DNA of 38,816 nucleotides. It comes from an uncultured Candidatus Woesearchaeota archaeon (lineage in GTDB: Archaea > Nanobdellota > Nanobdellia > Woesearchaeales > 21-14-0-10-32-9). Below the pieces are notes generated by a model. It had not been told where the DNA came from and searched no databases. It saw nothing but the letters and a program-made list of their open reading frames with translations. Location of the stretch: contig CAITEO010000060.1 of the NCBI GenBank assembly GCA_903891505.1, forward strand, positions 1 through 38,816, given 5' to 3'. Below, in pieces: positions 24,023 through 33,910 of this stretch (position 1 is its first letter; each line of letters opens with the position of its first letter). Both the position numbers and the translations under genes were made by a program.

Positions 24023-25078
24023 TTAGAAATCCTTCAGGGTCTTCTCAACTATTGTTGTGTTGCCCCCTTCGCCTGTTTGGCGCATTGTCTTGATGAACTT
24101 GCCCTCTTCGAGTTTTGCAATCTTGCGCTGGAACGTCTTGTAAGATGATGCACCGCCTCTCTTCTGGTAAAGTTTAAACAAATCACCAATCTTCTTTCCT
24201 GAATTCTCTCGAACAAGATCATAGATTATTTTTGTTTCAGCTTCGAGAAGTCCTGCGTTCTTAATCGTGAATTCTTCAAGCTTCTTAACAGCCTCAGACA
24301 CATTTTCAAGTGTTATTCTCTTGCTCGACTTTTCTTCTGCTTGAAGAGTTGATTCTTTCAAAAGAAATATTCCCGTTCGTATATCCTTAAGCTCGAACGT
24401 CTTCTTCGCAATAAGATCAAATCCAGACACATCAAGAACTCCTGGATAAAGTGCAAGCTCCGATCTTACTTTCAAAATATCCTTCGTTTCTTTCTCAGTG
24501 TATGGCTTGAACTCAACTAACTCAGGCGTTAATCTTGACTTGATGCGCTCATCAATTTCAACTAAGAACTCATGATAATTAGTAATTAAGAAAATACTCT
24601 TCTTATGTATCTCTTCTAGAACAAAATACAAGAAATCAAAATCCTCAACCTGATCAATCTCATCAAAGATAAAAACAGCAGCCTTCTTGTTCAGCATCGA
24701 AGAAACAACCTTGAATAACTCAACCGTCTTCTTGTTCTGCGTAAACCTATACCCTAAGATATCGCACATCTCCATAAGAATCTTATACGTAGTATTATGC
24801 TGCCAACAATTAATGAACAATATTTCTATCTCATCCGTTTGATCTTCAAGATCACGCATGACGAACTTTGTTGCAGCAGTCTTACCAATACCAGGCGCAC
24901 CAAAGATAAAAAGATTTCGTCCAGGCAAAGAGTTGAATAATGGCTTGATACAAGTAGCTAAATACTTCTGCTGACCCTCCCTATATGGCAGCGCCTTTGG
25001 CAAGAACTCATAATCAAGCGCATCAGCATTCCGAACGAGCGTCTGATCAGACCTCAAAACATCATCAAATAACCCCAT
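24023..25078 (-). CDS. cdc6: Cdc6/Orc1-family AAA+ ATPase
   Basis: LPYRE, GAPGIGKT, INCW, FIFDEID, RIKSRL, FKPYT; C-terminal winged helix. Confidence 0.85.
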   Translation of the reverse strand: MGLFDDVLRSDQTLVRNADALDYEFLPKALPYREGQQKYLATCIKPLFNSLPGRNLFIFGAPGIGKTAATKFVMRDLEDQTDEIEILFINCWQHNTTYKILMEMCDILGYRFTQNKKTVELFKVVSSMLNKKAAVFIFDEIDQVEDFDFLYFVLEEIHKKSIFLITNYHEFLVEIDERIKSRLTPELVEFKPYTEKETKDILKVRSELALYPGVLDVSGFDLIAKKTFELKDIRTGIFLLKESTLQAEEKSSKRITLENVSEAVKKLEEFTIKNAGLLEAETKIIYDLVRENSGKKIGDLFKLYQKRGGASSYKTFQRKIAKLEEGKFIKTMRQTGEGGNTTIVEKTLKDF

Positions 25079-25224
25079 GACTTAAGAGATAAGAAAAATT
25101 CTTTAAAAATCTTCCTGAAACGAAAGCGAAATTCAAAAAAAACTCGCTAAAAAGAAAAAACTTAAAAAGGAGAAGTATACAGATATGTATACCAACCCCT
25201 GAATGGGACGTGAGGATGAACAAT

Positions 25225-25371
25225 ATGGCAGAAGGAAGATGCATGAAATGCAAAAAACAAGTAGAGATCAAAGATCCACAGGATACGTTAATGAAAAACG
25301 GCATGAAAGCAATAAAAGGCGTCTGCCCAGTATGTGGTACTAAGGTTTTTAGAATCTTAGGAAAAGCATAA
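25225..25371 (+). CDS. Small zinc-binding protein (DUF5679-like, 48 aa)
   Basis: Below track cut-off; MAEGRCMKCKKQVEIKDPQDTLMKNGMKAIKGVCPVCGTKVFRILGKA behind GAGG. Confidence 0.8.
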   Translation: MAEGRCMKCKKQVEIKDPQDTLMKNGMKAIKGVCPVCGTKVFRILGKA

Positions 25372-25726
25372 ATTAACAATTTTTTTTATTAATTATTTTC
25401 ATATACCTTTCTTATTAGTTTTATGAGTCTTGTTTTTAGCACAATACTTTCTTTGATACATCAATAAAATAAAGAAAACATAGAAACTGCATTAGCATTT
25501 TCTCTGTTTTCGAATTCACGCGAGGGGCTTCATCCTCACCCTGAAGAGTGATGTATTCGTCCCCTCATGAATAATATTTACTCCTATTTCCAAGCTGCGC
25601 TTTGCGCAGAAATAACTGCCCTGAAAGGGCAGGATAAAACAGAGAAAGAGAAAAGACATAAAAAAAATCATAATAGTACTAAAAACTAGGAGAAAACAAC
25701 AAGTGAAAAGTAAAAAAGTTTAAAAT

Positions 25727-26179
25727 CTATCTCATGAGCCCTTTAGACAATGTACCACAATAAGGACAGTGATTAGGTCTGTCAGTTTCAGGATCGTACT
25801 TGTATTGATACTTGCATTTCTTGCACGTATTCATAATTCTACCATCATCAAGCTTAGGCGCAGTACCTATACCTGATTCTGCCCTTTCTGCTGCTTTCTT
25901 CACTGCAGCTTTTTCGATTAAATCATCCTCCGCATCCCATCCAGCAGGAGGAATATTTTTCAAACCACCTGTCTGACTCATCGGTTTAGGCTGAGACTTT
26001 GGCATCTCAGTAGGTGTATTTCTTACTGTTGGCTGTGTGCCTGGCGCTGATCTTGCAGACATTTTTCTTTCGTTTGCGCATGACCTGCAAATAGCCATTT
26101 TGAGAATTGGATCAACTGAAAACTCACTAGCGGGAGCTTTCTTACCGCATTTCCTACAAGTTACTGGAACATCCATCAC
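25727..26179 (-). CDS. Double zinc-finger protein
   Basis: CRKC..CRSC and CKKC..CPYC separated by a Pro-rich linker; AGGTGA SD. Confidence 0.75.
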   Translation of the reverse strand: MMDVPVTCRKCGKKAPASEFSVDPILKMAICRSCANERKMSARSAPGTQPTVRNTPTEMPKSQPKPMSQTGGLKNIPPAGWDAEDDLIEKAAVKKAAERAESGIGTAPKLDDGRIMNTCKKCKYQYKYDPETDRPNHCPYCGTLSKGLMR

Positions 26180-26315
26180 TGAAACATCACCTAGATTTAG
26201 CTAACTTTACCTAGTATTTATACTTTTTGATAGACTATTCCACAAGAACAACAACACAAACACCTTGGTTTTCAGAACAAAAAAGTATTAAAACAATCAT
26301 ACAACCCTTTAAATT

Positions 26316-26849
26316 ATGGAAGATACACGAAAAGAAAAAGAAAACAAAGATAAAAAAGAAGAGAGGAAAGATGGAGAAAAAACCAAACAAACCCTAAAAG
26401 AAGAGTATTCTAAACTACAAACAAAGTACTCACTTCCAAGCTTTGAACTCCTAGATAAAGACTTTGAAATTAATGATATTGAAATAGAAGATAACATCAT
26501 ACGAGAGATTCTAAAATCAATCCACGGACATACTGAATCATACACGAGACTTCTTGAAGGACTAATACAGCCAGACTCAAAACTTGGAGATATGAAAGAA
26601 GCTAGCAACTTAACTCAAGAAGATCAAGCACTCATAACAGACCTTTACCGAAAAGGAATGCTACTAAATAGAAGCATCCTGCTCGTAGATCTTGATTATA
26701 ATGAAAAATTGGCAGCAGACATGATAATCAATGCTCATAAAGAATGGCAGAACATGAAATGCGACATGAAAACTATACTTGAAAAAATGAGAAGTACATG
26801 GGAATCAAAATCACCAAAAGAAAAATACGGAGGAGGATACTTCGGATGA
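26316..26849 (+). CDS. Hypothetical helical protein
   Basis: Clean ORF coupled (ATGA) to adk. Confidence 0.7.
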   Translation: MEDTRKEKENKDKKEERKDGEKTKQTLKEEYSKLQTKYSLPSFELLDKDFEINDIEIEDNIIREILKSIHGHTESYTRLLEGLIQPDSKLGDMKEASNLTQEDQALITDLYRKGMLLNRSILLVDLDYNEKLAADMIINAHKEWQNMKCDMKTILEKMRSTWESKSPKEKYGGGYFG

Positions 26850-27487
26850 TAATCGTAATAACAGGACCACAAAGCTCAGGAAAAGGAACACAAGCAGAAA
26901 TACTCCAAAAAGAATACGGCTTCAAACACATATCAACGGGCGATATTCTAAGAGAAGAAGTAAAAGCGGATACCCTTGAAGGACGTGAAGCGGACTCGTA
27001 CATGAAAAAAGGATTGCTTGTTCCCTATGATCTCAATAACACAATCTTAAAAAAAGCACTTGACAAATACAAAGACAAGACCATTCTGCTAGATGGTTAC
27101 CCTCGCACTCTACCTCAGGTCGAACATCTGATGAAGATTGCAGAAGTCAAATGTGTAATTTACATAAATATAAGCGACGAAGTCGCAGTACAAAGAGCAT
27201 GCAACAGACGAATCTGCACAGCGACAAACAAAATTTACATACTAGACAAGCTAACTCCTCAAGACTATGAAACCTGTAAACTCGCAGGTGGCGAAATAGT
27301 TCAAAGAACGGATGATAATCCTAAGACAATCAAAGCAAGACTTAAGATTTATCACGAACAAACATCGCCTTGTCTTAGCTATCTAGAAAAACACAAAATA
27401 CCTGTATTCAAAATCAACGGCGAGCGACCAATCGATGCAATATCTGCTGATGTTAAGCAAGAACTTAAGAAGATTAAATTAATTTAG
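26846..27487 (+). CDS. adk: Adenylate kinase
   Basis: GPQSSGKGTQ, HISTGDILR, LLDGYPR, QRTDD; ATG 26846 behind GGAGG. Confidence 0.93.
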   Translation: MIIVITGPQSSGKGTQAEILQKEYGFKHISTGDILREEVKADTLEGREADSYMKKGLLVPYDLNNTILKKALDKYKDKTILLDGYPRTLPQVEHLMKIAEVKCVIYINISDEVAVQRACNRRICTATNKIYILDKLTPQDYETCKLAGGEIVQRTDDNPKTIKARLKIYHEQTSPCLSYLEKHKIPVFKINGERPIDAISADVKQELKKIKLI

Positions 27488-27748
27488 ACCATCAACTCTT
27501 ACAGTTTCTAAATTTTTATTGATTTAAGCACTTATGAATGCCTGTACTTTGTCTCATTATGAACTACTATCTAGACAGATACAAGTTATCCGTCGCAAGA
27601 ATTTACTCTAGAAAGAGTTGATAGCATAAGTGATTGCACTCCATTCAGGGAACGCGGGAACATGACGACAAAACAAAAAATAACAATCATAGCAACACGC
27701 CGTGAAATGGGATTCATAAGATCTCGTTCAAAATTAAACAAAAACATC

Positions 27749-28024
27749 TTACCCAAGACCAAAACTCCTATCAAACTCCTTCATTTCACGAAGTTTGTTC
27801 AAGAACTCTATTCCTCTATCTGTGATTATAATATATTCATATTCCTTTTTGTTTATTTTCTGCACAAAATTCTTCTCTACAAGCTCTTCGAGATATGACT
27901 TCATTTGAGTGTGAGAAAGATTAGACTTGTACATCAGATGAGTGGGCTTAATCTCCCCATTCTTACCCTGAATTGAGAACAGAATATCCTCAATTATTTG
28001 TAATCTTTCCCTTTTTTTTGCCAT
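27749..28024 (-). CDS. Winged-helix transcriptional regulator
   Basis: RERLQIIEDIL, KPTHLMYKSNLS, ITDRG. Confidence 0.85.
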   Translation of the reverse strand: MAKKRERLQIIEDILFSIQGKNGEIKPTHLMYKSNLSHTQMKSYLEELVEKNFVQKINKKEYEYIIITDRGIEFLNKLREMKEFDRSFGLG

Positions 28025-28703
28025 GTTTAAGCACCGATATAAATGTCACGAGTAAAATCACATAACCTGCAAGTTGGACCAACTCTCCAACAACATACAT
28101 AGAGGAATAATTGTGTGCTAATATAAATAATATCAGGCTCAAACTTATTATTCCGAAACTCATTGCAAGATATTTTGTGGTTCTCATTCCATTAAGTCTA
28201 TAATTCCTCAAAAGAGAAAGCGCAATCATCAACGTAAGCAAGAACGCAGTTAAATGCATGAATATATATGCATCATCCGTGAATAACACAATTGTAACAA
28301 GCAAGAACATTATCAGAATTACTGATTTAATTGAAAACTTTTCGTAGACAGTGAAGAAAATAAAGAATCCTATAAGCATAAGTACTGCATATATAATAAA
28401 TGAAACTGCGAAAAGTGTATTAGTAGGAGTCACATAATAAACTAGTTTTCCAAACAACTGATACACTTGAACCTGAAAATGTGATGAGTATAGAATGAAA
28501 TAAGTTGCTATCTTGAAAATAAAAGACAAACCTAGAAGAATAAAAGATGTGAAAATAAGCAAGTGTTTCTTATTTGACTTGTTTAATGAATAATACTTCC
28601 AGGAAAAAAAACCTATTAATAGCAGAACAACTACACTTACAAGATCTATAATAAAGTCGCGACCTAAAAACCATTGAGGCCCAGCTGGAATATCAAAATG
28701 CAT
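27990..28703 (-). CDS. 7-TM membrane protein
   Basis: About seven hydrophobic segments; 3' end overlaps the wHTH gene. Confidence 0.75.
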   Translation of the reverse strand: MHFDIPAGPQWFLGRDFIIDLVSVVVLLLIGFFSWKYYSLNKSNKKHLLIFTSFILLGLSFIFKIATYFILYSSHFQVQVYQLFGKLVYYVTPTNTLFAVSFIIYAVLMLIGFFIFFTVYEKFSIKSVILIMFLLVTIVLFTDDAYIFMHLTAFLLTLMIALSLLRNYRLNGMRTTKYLAMSFGIISLSLILFILAHNYSSMYVVGELVQLAGYVILLVTFISVLKHGKKKGKITNN

Positions 28704-28801
28704 AATAGACGATAAAATGAATTTGATTTAAAAAACTTATGAATTATTACTACAGAAGATTGCTTCACACGGTTTAAATACTTCGGCACGAATGATAATC
28801 A

Positions 28802-28850
28802 AGAAAACCCAAAAAGGTTTTCTGGATGCAGAAAATGCCATGCATTTTCT
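28802..28850. repeat. Twin-hairpin intergenic repeat
   Basis: AGAAAACC-N6-GGTTTTCT then AGAAAATGC-CAT-GCATTTTCT. Confidence 0.6.
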
Positions 28851-28954
28851 TCATGTTAACAAGTTGTGCATCGACGATAACAAAGAAAGATGCGACAAAA
28901 AAAACAAATTAGACAAAAAAAATATGTAAATTTAAAAATAAAAGGTGATTAAAC

Positions 28955-29143
28955 ATGCACTTCAAAAGAATAGGAACGAGCAAGCTACAGGATTTAGAAC
29001 TTGACTTTGACTCAAATGAATTCAACCAGATGGGAAGTCTGAAAGAAGACGAAATGGAATTTTTACAATCAAGAAAACTTAGAAGAACAATGTCCATGTA
29101 TGCTCCTGACCCAAGGAAGAGGAGCTACGACGAAGAATCGTAG
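28955..29143 (+). CDS. Small hypothetical protein
   Basis: AGGTGA SD before ATG; 62 aa. Confidence 0.6.
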   Translation: MHFKRIGTSKLQDLELDFDSNEFNQMGSLKEDEMEFLQSRKLRRTMSMYAPDPRKRSYDEES

Positions 29144-29184
29144 TTCCCTTATACCTTGGATTCGACAAACAATACACTTGATTA

Positions 29185-29466
29185 ATGATTCCTCAATACA
29201 CCTCAGCCCCGCAATAGTGCGGGGCTCATAATCATTTTTTAACCCCTCCAACAAACCAAGAAAACGTACAAGCGTTTTCTGGGTCAAGAAAATCTACGGA
29301 TTTTCTTGACACCAAACCGGGGCAGTTCACCCTGCCCCCTTATAATCCCTCCAATACACCAAGAAAACACACATCCAATTAAATGGGGTGAGAAAAAAGA
29401 GCAAAAAAGTTTGAAGAGGCACCGATTCAAACCGCAAGCGCCGTACGTGGGGTACGGCGCCTTTTT
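29185..29466 (+). other. Multi-hairpin intergenic region, candidate ncRNA or stacked repeats
   Basis: Five stems including a perfect 12-bp stem with cUACGg loop (29283-29310) and a final GC stem followed by CTTTTT. Confidence 0.4.
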
Positions 29467-29510
29467 CTCATTAATAAAATATTTAATACCAAAACAATAA
29501 TTTCTTCATT

Positions 29511-30146
29511 ATGTTATACAAACTCGTAATCTTTGACATGGATGGCGTTCTATTCGACTTTGAGAATTTCTGGATCAAACTCCATGAAGCACTAGGCACG
29601 CTCGTTGAAGGGAAAAAATTAACAAAACAATATCTTGATTCTGATTTTAATATGCTAGTTGACGCTGTTGTAGTTAATCTTTGGGCAGGAAAAGATGCAA
29701 AGCAGTATTACGACCTCGTCGAATCAATTGAATATCTTCCTGGTGTAAAAGAAACATTCGACTTTGTGCACAAAAAAGGATACTCTTCTGCAATTGTTAG
29801 CGGATCGAGCATCGATGTTGCAAAACGTGTGCAAAAAGATCATGGCGCAATGCATCTATTTGCAAACGAGCTTGTAATTAAAGATGGCAAAATAACGAAA
29901 GAATCATATTGGCCTGTTGCTGAAGGAACAAAAGAAAAAGCAGAAATAATCACAAAGCTTTGCAAAGACTTAGATATTTCGCGTCTTGAATGCATCTACA
30001 TAGGCGATAGCAAAAAAGACATTGAAGCATTCAAGATAGTCGGCAAATCAATCGCGTTCAACTCCACTTGCCCTGAACTAAAAGCCATCGCGACTCACGT
30101 CGTTGATAGCAAGAACCTAACTGACGTGATACAATACTTGGAATAG
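29511..30146 (+). CDS. HAD-superfamily phosphatase (SerB-like)
   Basis: FDMDGVL, IVSGS, FANEL, YIGDSKKD. Confidence 0.88.
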   Translation: MLYKLVIFDMDGVLFDFENFWIKLHEALGTLVEGKKLTKQYLDSDFNMLVDAVVVNLWAGKDAKQYYDLVESIEYLPGVKETFDFVHKKGYSSAIVSGSSIDVAKRVQKDHGAMHLFANELVIKDGKITKESYWPVAEGTKEKAEIITKLCKDLDISRLECIYIGDSKKDIEAFKIVGKSIAFNSTCPELKAIATHVVDSKNLTDVIQYLE

Positions 30147-30213
30147 AAAAATAAAGCGCTCGGGGTGAACGCTGAACTCTGTAAGTTCAAAGCATCTTCA
30201 GTTGCTTCCACTT

Positions 30214-31134
30214 TTACCTCCCATATTTCTTCACGTGTTCTTCTATCTCTTTCATATTCTTATAAAAAACAGGATGTGCTTTTGACATTATTTGCATGCC
30301 TCTATCGTCTAAAACATGATCCTCATTTAGTAACTCAGGTTTATCTACAGCTTCATATGCTAGCAACAATTTATTTCTAAGATTATCATCTATGTCCTCA
30401 TACACTCTAACTAGAAGAAATGCTTTTATGACATTTTGATCTATAATTAAGTAGTTGCCACCGTAGAATTTGCGAATATCTCCAGTTATTTTGGCATAGT
30501 TTCTTTTTTTATTTACAAAAAAATCGAATAGATCAGTATATGCCAAGTAAAATAAACATTTAGACGAGATTCCTGGCACTTTCTTTTTTCCATCAGGCTT
30601 TGTCGTTGGTCGATTCTTTTCAGGGATAATGTTTATAATTAGTCCTAGAAATCTATTGAATTCATATTCAACACTAGAAAATTTTCCCTTTGGATCTGAA
30701 TATGTCCACATTAGAAATGCATAATCACTATCTAAGAATTTGTCTGCTAGGCCATATTCTTTCATGCCCTTATATAATTCTTTGAATGCTGAAGGTGTCC
30801 ATGAGAGTCTTTTGACGACACCGATGGAATCATACTTTTTTTTAGCAGTAGGTTTCTTTATTGTAAGAACTCCTTTTCTTCCTAATGAATTTATGTATCT
30901 CTTTATGCTTAATTTTGGTCTTTTTGTTTTTGCATCTTTACTTAGATCCCATTCCTCTATTATGGTTCTATTAAACATCCACCCTCTTGCTGAATTATAG
31001 TCGCTATTCTCTAAACGTTCAAGATAACGAAGATATTGTTTATTCTCAACATTGAAGGATAGTTTAGAAAAGTTCATCATTATTTGTATAATCTCTATTT
31101 CCGCAGGCGTGAATATGTTCTTTTTGTAGGACAT
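30214..31134 (-). CDS. Hypothetical protein, possibly a wHTH regulator
   Basis: 306-aa ORF divergent from the AbrB-led operon; SIKRYINSLGRKGVL resembles a recognition helix and wing. Confidence 0.6.
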   Translation of the reverse strand: MSYKKNIFTPAEIEIIQIMMNFSKLSFNVENKQYLRYLERLENSDYNSARGWMFNRTIIEEWDLSKDAKTKRPKLSIKRYINSLGRKGVLTIKKPTAKKKYDSIGVVKRLSWTPSAFKELYKGMKEYGLADKFLDSDYAFLMWTYSDPKGKFSSVEYEFNRFLGLIINIIPEKNRPTTKPDGKKKVPGISSKCLFYLAYTDLFDFFVNKKRNYAKITGDIRKFYGGNYLIIDQNVIKAFLLVRVYEDIDDNLRNKLLLAYEAVDKPELLNEDHVLDDRGMQIMSKAHPVFYKNMKEIEEHVKKYGR

Positions 31135-31226
31135 ATAAGTAGAAGTTTAAGCTCTTATTTAAACTTTCTGTTTTGGGACATTTTTTGTAATAAACTCTTA
31201 TATATTGGTCGACGTTTATATAAAAT

Positions 31227-31394
31227 ATGAAGTTAGAACTTAAACCAAGAAAATTAATTAGAATAAATAAAACCTTGTTAATTACTCTGCCAACAATTTG
31301 GCTTAGACAATACAAGTTAGAAAAAGGAAATGCAGTTCAGGTTGCAATAGAAGATGATGGGAAATTAAGCATAATTCCGGAGGCATCAAAATGA
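31227..31394 (+). CDS. AbrB/MazE/SpoVT-family DNA-binding protein (55 aa)
   Basis: Below track cut-off; RKLIRINKTLLITLPTIWLRQYKLEKGNAVQVAIEDDGKLSIIP. Confidence 0.8.
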   Translation: MKLELKPRKLIRINKTLLITLPTIWLRQYKLEKGNAVQVAIEDDGKLSIIPEASK

Positions 31395-31495
31395 AGAAAC
31401 TTAATCCGGAATTGGAAAAACAGTTTCCAGAAGAACTCAGAATATTTAGAGAATTTTACTTCGTGCTAGCGGAGGAAAAAAATGAATCCAAATAA
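31391..31495 (+). CDS. Microprotein (34 aa)
   Basis: GGAGG SD, ATGA overlap with the AbrB gene, overlaps the next start. Confidence 0.5.
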   Translation: MKKLNPELEKQFPEELRIFREFYFVLAEEKNESK

Positions 31496-32330
31496 CTTAG
31501 TGTTTCTGGAAACACAACAGATTGTTATTACCCCTAAGCACATAGCCTTGCTAGACAGACTATCTGACTCCGAGGAGCATCGTCAAAGTGAGCTACGAAA
31601 ATTATTTAACAATAATAAGACAATAACTTGTTTGTTATTGCAGGATCTATTGCATATGGGCTGGATTGAAAAAACAAGTATAGGCTCAGAGAAAGTAGGC
31701 AATATAATTGTAATAAATAAATACAAATTAAAAGAAATAGAATCTTTCTTGGGGTGGTGGAAATTTCTGAAACGCTCTGTACTAGTTCGGCCCCATAAAT
31801 TAAATGCTAGAGGCCTCATCAACGCGGAGGACTACACAAGGGAGCGACTAGCATTTGCATTAGGAAAAGACCACGAAATAAAGCCCACAATAATAAGAAA
31901 TAATACGCAATATATTATTTGTACGCCTGTAGGAAAAATAGTCATTTTGAAGAAATCTCCTCTTGTTGAATTCTGGATTGATTCTTTTATTCTTCCAGTA
32001 AACGAGAAAGATCTGGAAGTTTTTGAAAGTTATATTACAGATGCAGTTATGTGTAGATTAGAATATATGATAGATGAAATAAATAAACATACACCCCAAC
32101 TCAAAATTCATATTAGTAGCATACGTTTAATGAACAAAGTTCATATGGGTATTCTTGAGAAGAAAAATGCACGTACTTTTCTTAAAATACAGCACGAGAT
32201 GAAGGATCTCGGTTTTAATAAGGACAAATCTATAGGGGGGTGTTTTGAACATGAAGTCTGTGGTTCGCTGGAAGAGGTACTTAGCAATGTGGCTTTTGCA
32301 ATCAATCGCCATTTCGAAGAGGAGGAATAA
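31482..32330 (+). CDS. Hypothetical protein with N-terminal winged helix
   Basis: RQSELRKLFNNNKTITCLLLQDLLHMGWIEK; GGAGG SD. Confidence 0.65.
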   Translation: MNPNNLVFLETQQIVITPKHIALLDRLSDSEEHRQSELRKLFNNNKTITCLLLQDLLHMGWIEKTSIGSEKVGNIIVINKYKLKEIESFLGWWKFLKRSVLVRPHKLNARGLINAEDYTRERLAFALGKDHEIKPTIIRNNTQYIICTPVGKIVILKKSPLVEFWIDSFILPVNEKDLEVFESYITDAVMCRLEYMIDEINKHTPQLKIHISSIRLMNKVHMGILEKKNARTFLKIQHEMKDLGFNKDKSIGGCFEHEVCGSLEEVLSNVAFAINRHFEEEE

Positions 32331-32331
32331 A

Positions 32332-32712
32332 ATGAAAAGTGAAAATAAATTTGAAAGAATATCGCCTGGTCAAGCAATGGATATTTATGGCGACGATTAT
32401 TCTAACATGGGAAATGAAATGATTGAAGAAATATGCACAGTGACGTCTATGCTTAAAAAAATTATGGCACTAGACATTCTTAATAATGTTTTTTTTGTGT
32501 CAGACACCAAATGCGATGGCTTCTACTTAAATCTTGAAAAGGTTGACGAAAGACATGTAATCTTTCTGTCTAAAACACTACTTGACCTTGGAAAGACTGA
32601 ACGTCGTCTAGTAATTTTGCATGAACTGGGGCACTACATACGGCAGGCCAAACCCGAGGAAGCAAGTGCCGAAACGTTTGTTGAAGAATTTTGGGATGAG
32701 TCCTTACCTTAA
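32332..32712 (+). CDS. Small HExxH metallopeptidase-like protein
   Basis: VILHELGHY...EASAE; ATG 32332 behind GGAGG. Confidence 0.65.
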   Translation: MKSENKFERISPGQAMDIYGDDYSNMGNEMIEEICTVTSMLKKIMALDILNNVFFVSDTKCDGFYLNLEKVDERHVIFLSKTLLDLGKTERRLVILHELGHYIRQAKPEEASAETFVEEFWDESLP

Positions 32713-32732
32713 ATGGACTTTAGGTGATAATA

Positions 32733-33176
32733 ATGAGTGACACAATTGACACAAGTAAAACATTACAAACATGTGACCCAATGTTCAAGGAAGATTTCCT
32801 TCTGTATGGAACTACAATTCTACATATTATTGAAGGTAGAGCTATCTGCAGACAAGTGGCCAGAATTAGGGCTAGTCCCAATGCCTTGAAGCTACACAAA
32901 TTAATTCAATCCAAGAAAGAAATTGATACTCCTACGTTGCTTCTTATGTTCCCTCTTTCAAGACAAAATACGTACAAGAATCTTAAACTCCTAAGCAATG
33001 TAGGACTAATAACTTGTACAAAATCTACAGCTAAATTTGGCCAAGTCGTAAAATATCAAGCAACAAATGAAACAATACAATCAATTCTAAAAAGCAATAA
33101 CATAGATTTCCTAGACGGAGTAGAAGGAAAACAATTCATCAAAGAAATAGACAAGCTACTCGAATTCATAGAATAA
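32733..33176 (+). CDS. ArsR-like winged-helix protein
   Basis: LSRQNTYKNLKLLSNVGLI; AGGTGA SD. Confidence 0.65.
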   Translation: MSDTIDTSKTLQTCDPMFKEDFLLYGTTILHIIEGRAICRQVARIRASPNALKLHKLIQSKKEIDTPTLLLMFPLSRQNTYKNLKLLSNVGLITCTKSTAKFGQVVKYQATNETIQSILKSNNIDFLDGVEGKQFIKEIDKLLEFIE

Positions 33177-33194
33177 ATATCGCATCGGGGAACT

Positions 33195-33257
33195 CACGCA
33201 ATCCTGCAGGATTGCGTGGGCATACCCCTGCCGTCGGGAGTCCGAAGGACTCCCGAC
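33195..33257. repeat. Two strong palindromes
   Basis: Perfect 24-bp CACGCAATCCTGCAGGATTGCGTG (33195-33218) and GTCGGGAGTCC-GAA-GGACTCCCGAC (33233-33257). Confidence 0.75.
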
Positions 33258-33272
33258 AATAAGGAGCACAAA

Positions 33273-33770
33273 ATGAATTTTGAAAAGCATTTAGAGATAA
33301 CAATGGGGGCACTAATTTTATTCTGGATTGCCCAGTTTAATTTTAAAATATTGCAATTTACGTTTCTGGAATCTATTATTTTTACCGCTCTAATGCTAAG
33401 TTCAGGTCTGGGCCTAGATGTCGATTCGAGTAGTTCTAAACCTCGAAGAGTTGTTGTTTATTCTCTAGTTCTCGCTGGCCTGATTGGTTTTTTCGGGCTT
33501 ATTGTTTACAAAAATAGTTCAATTAGCTGGCCGGTCATGCTCGTATTATTGGCAATAATAGGAATTATAATTATTGTAAATAGTCGTCATCGCGGAGTTT
33601 TCCATAGTTGGGCATTTATTTTGAGTGTTGGTGTGGCTTTATTTTTTGGAATAACATATATCAATAGTTTGAAAAGTTTGCCTGAGTTGAGCCCCTTCAT
33701 TGTATCTGGATGGATCTTCGGAGGGGCCCTCCATCTAATGATGGACAAGATTTCTACAAAAATATGGTAG
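33273..33770 (+). CDS. Membrane-bound metal-dependent hydrolase (YdjM-like)
   Basis: MNFEKH, LDVD, HRGVFHS, LHLMMD with TM segments. Confidence 0.75.
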   Translation: MNFEKHLEITMGALILFWIAQFNFKILQFTFLESIIFTALMLSSGLGLDVDSSSSKPRRVVVYSLVLAGLIGFFGLIVYKNSSISWPVMLVLLAIIGIIIIVNSRHRGVFHSWAFILSVGVALFFGITYINSLKSLPELSPFIVSGWIFGGALHLMMDKISTKIW

Positions 33771-33910
33771 ATAAATGCTTTGCTTGGTAGAGTATCTAGT
33801 TAAAATATGTGGTTCGCTCCGGAGTGCTGCGCAAAAAAGAAAATGTTATAGAAAACTTTTTAAATTCAAATATAAATTTTAACCACATACTCTGAAGGGA
33901 GGAGAATATT

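Noticed and set aside
25065-25379. 104-aa minus-strand ORF
   Set aside because: Antisense shadow of the 48-aa zinc-binding gene at 25225-25371.
25079-25726. Replication origin next to cdc6
   Set aside because: AT-rich, but no repeated ORB-like boxes could be identified by eye.
29170-29370. CRISPR array
   Set aside because: Only two or three imperfect repeats with irregular, self-complementary spacers and no cas genes.
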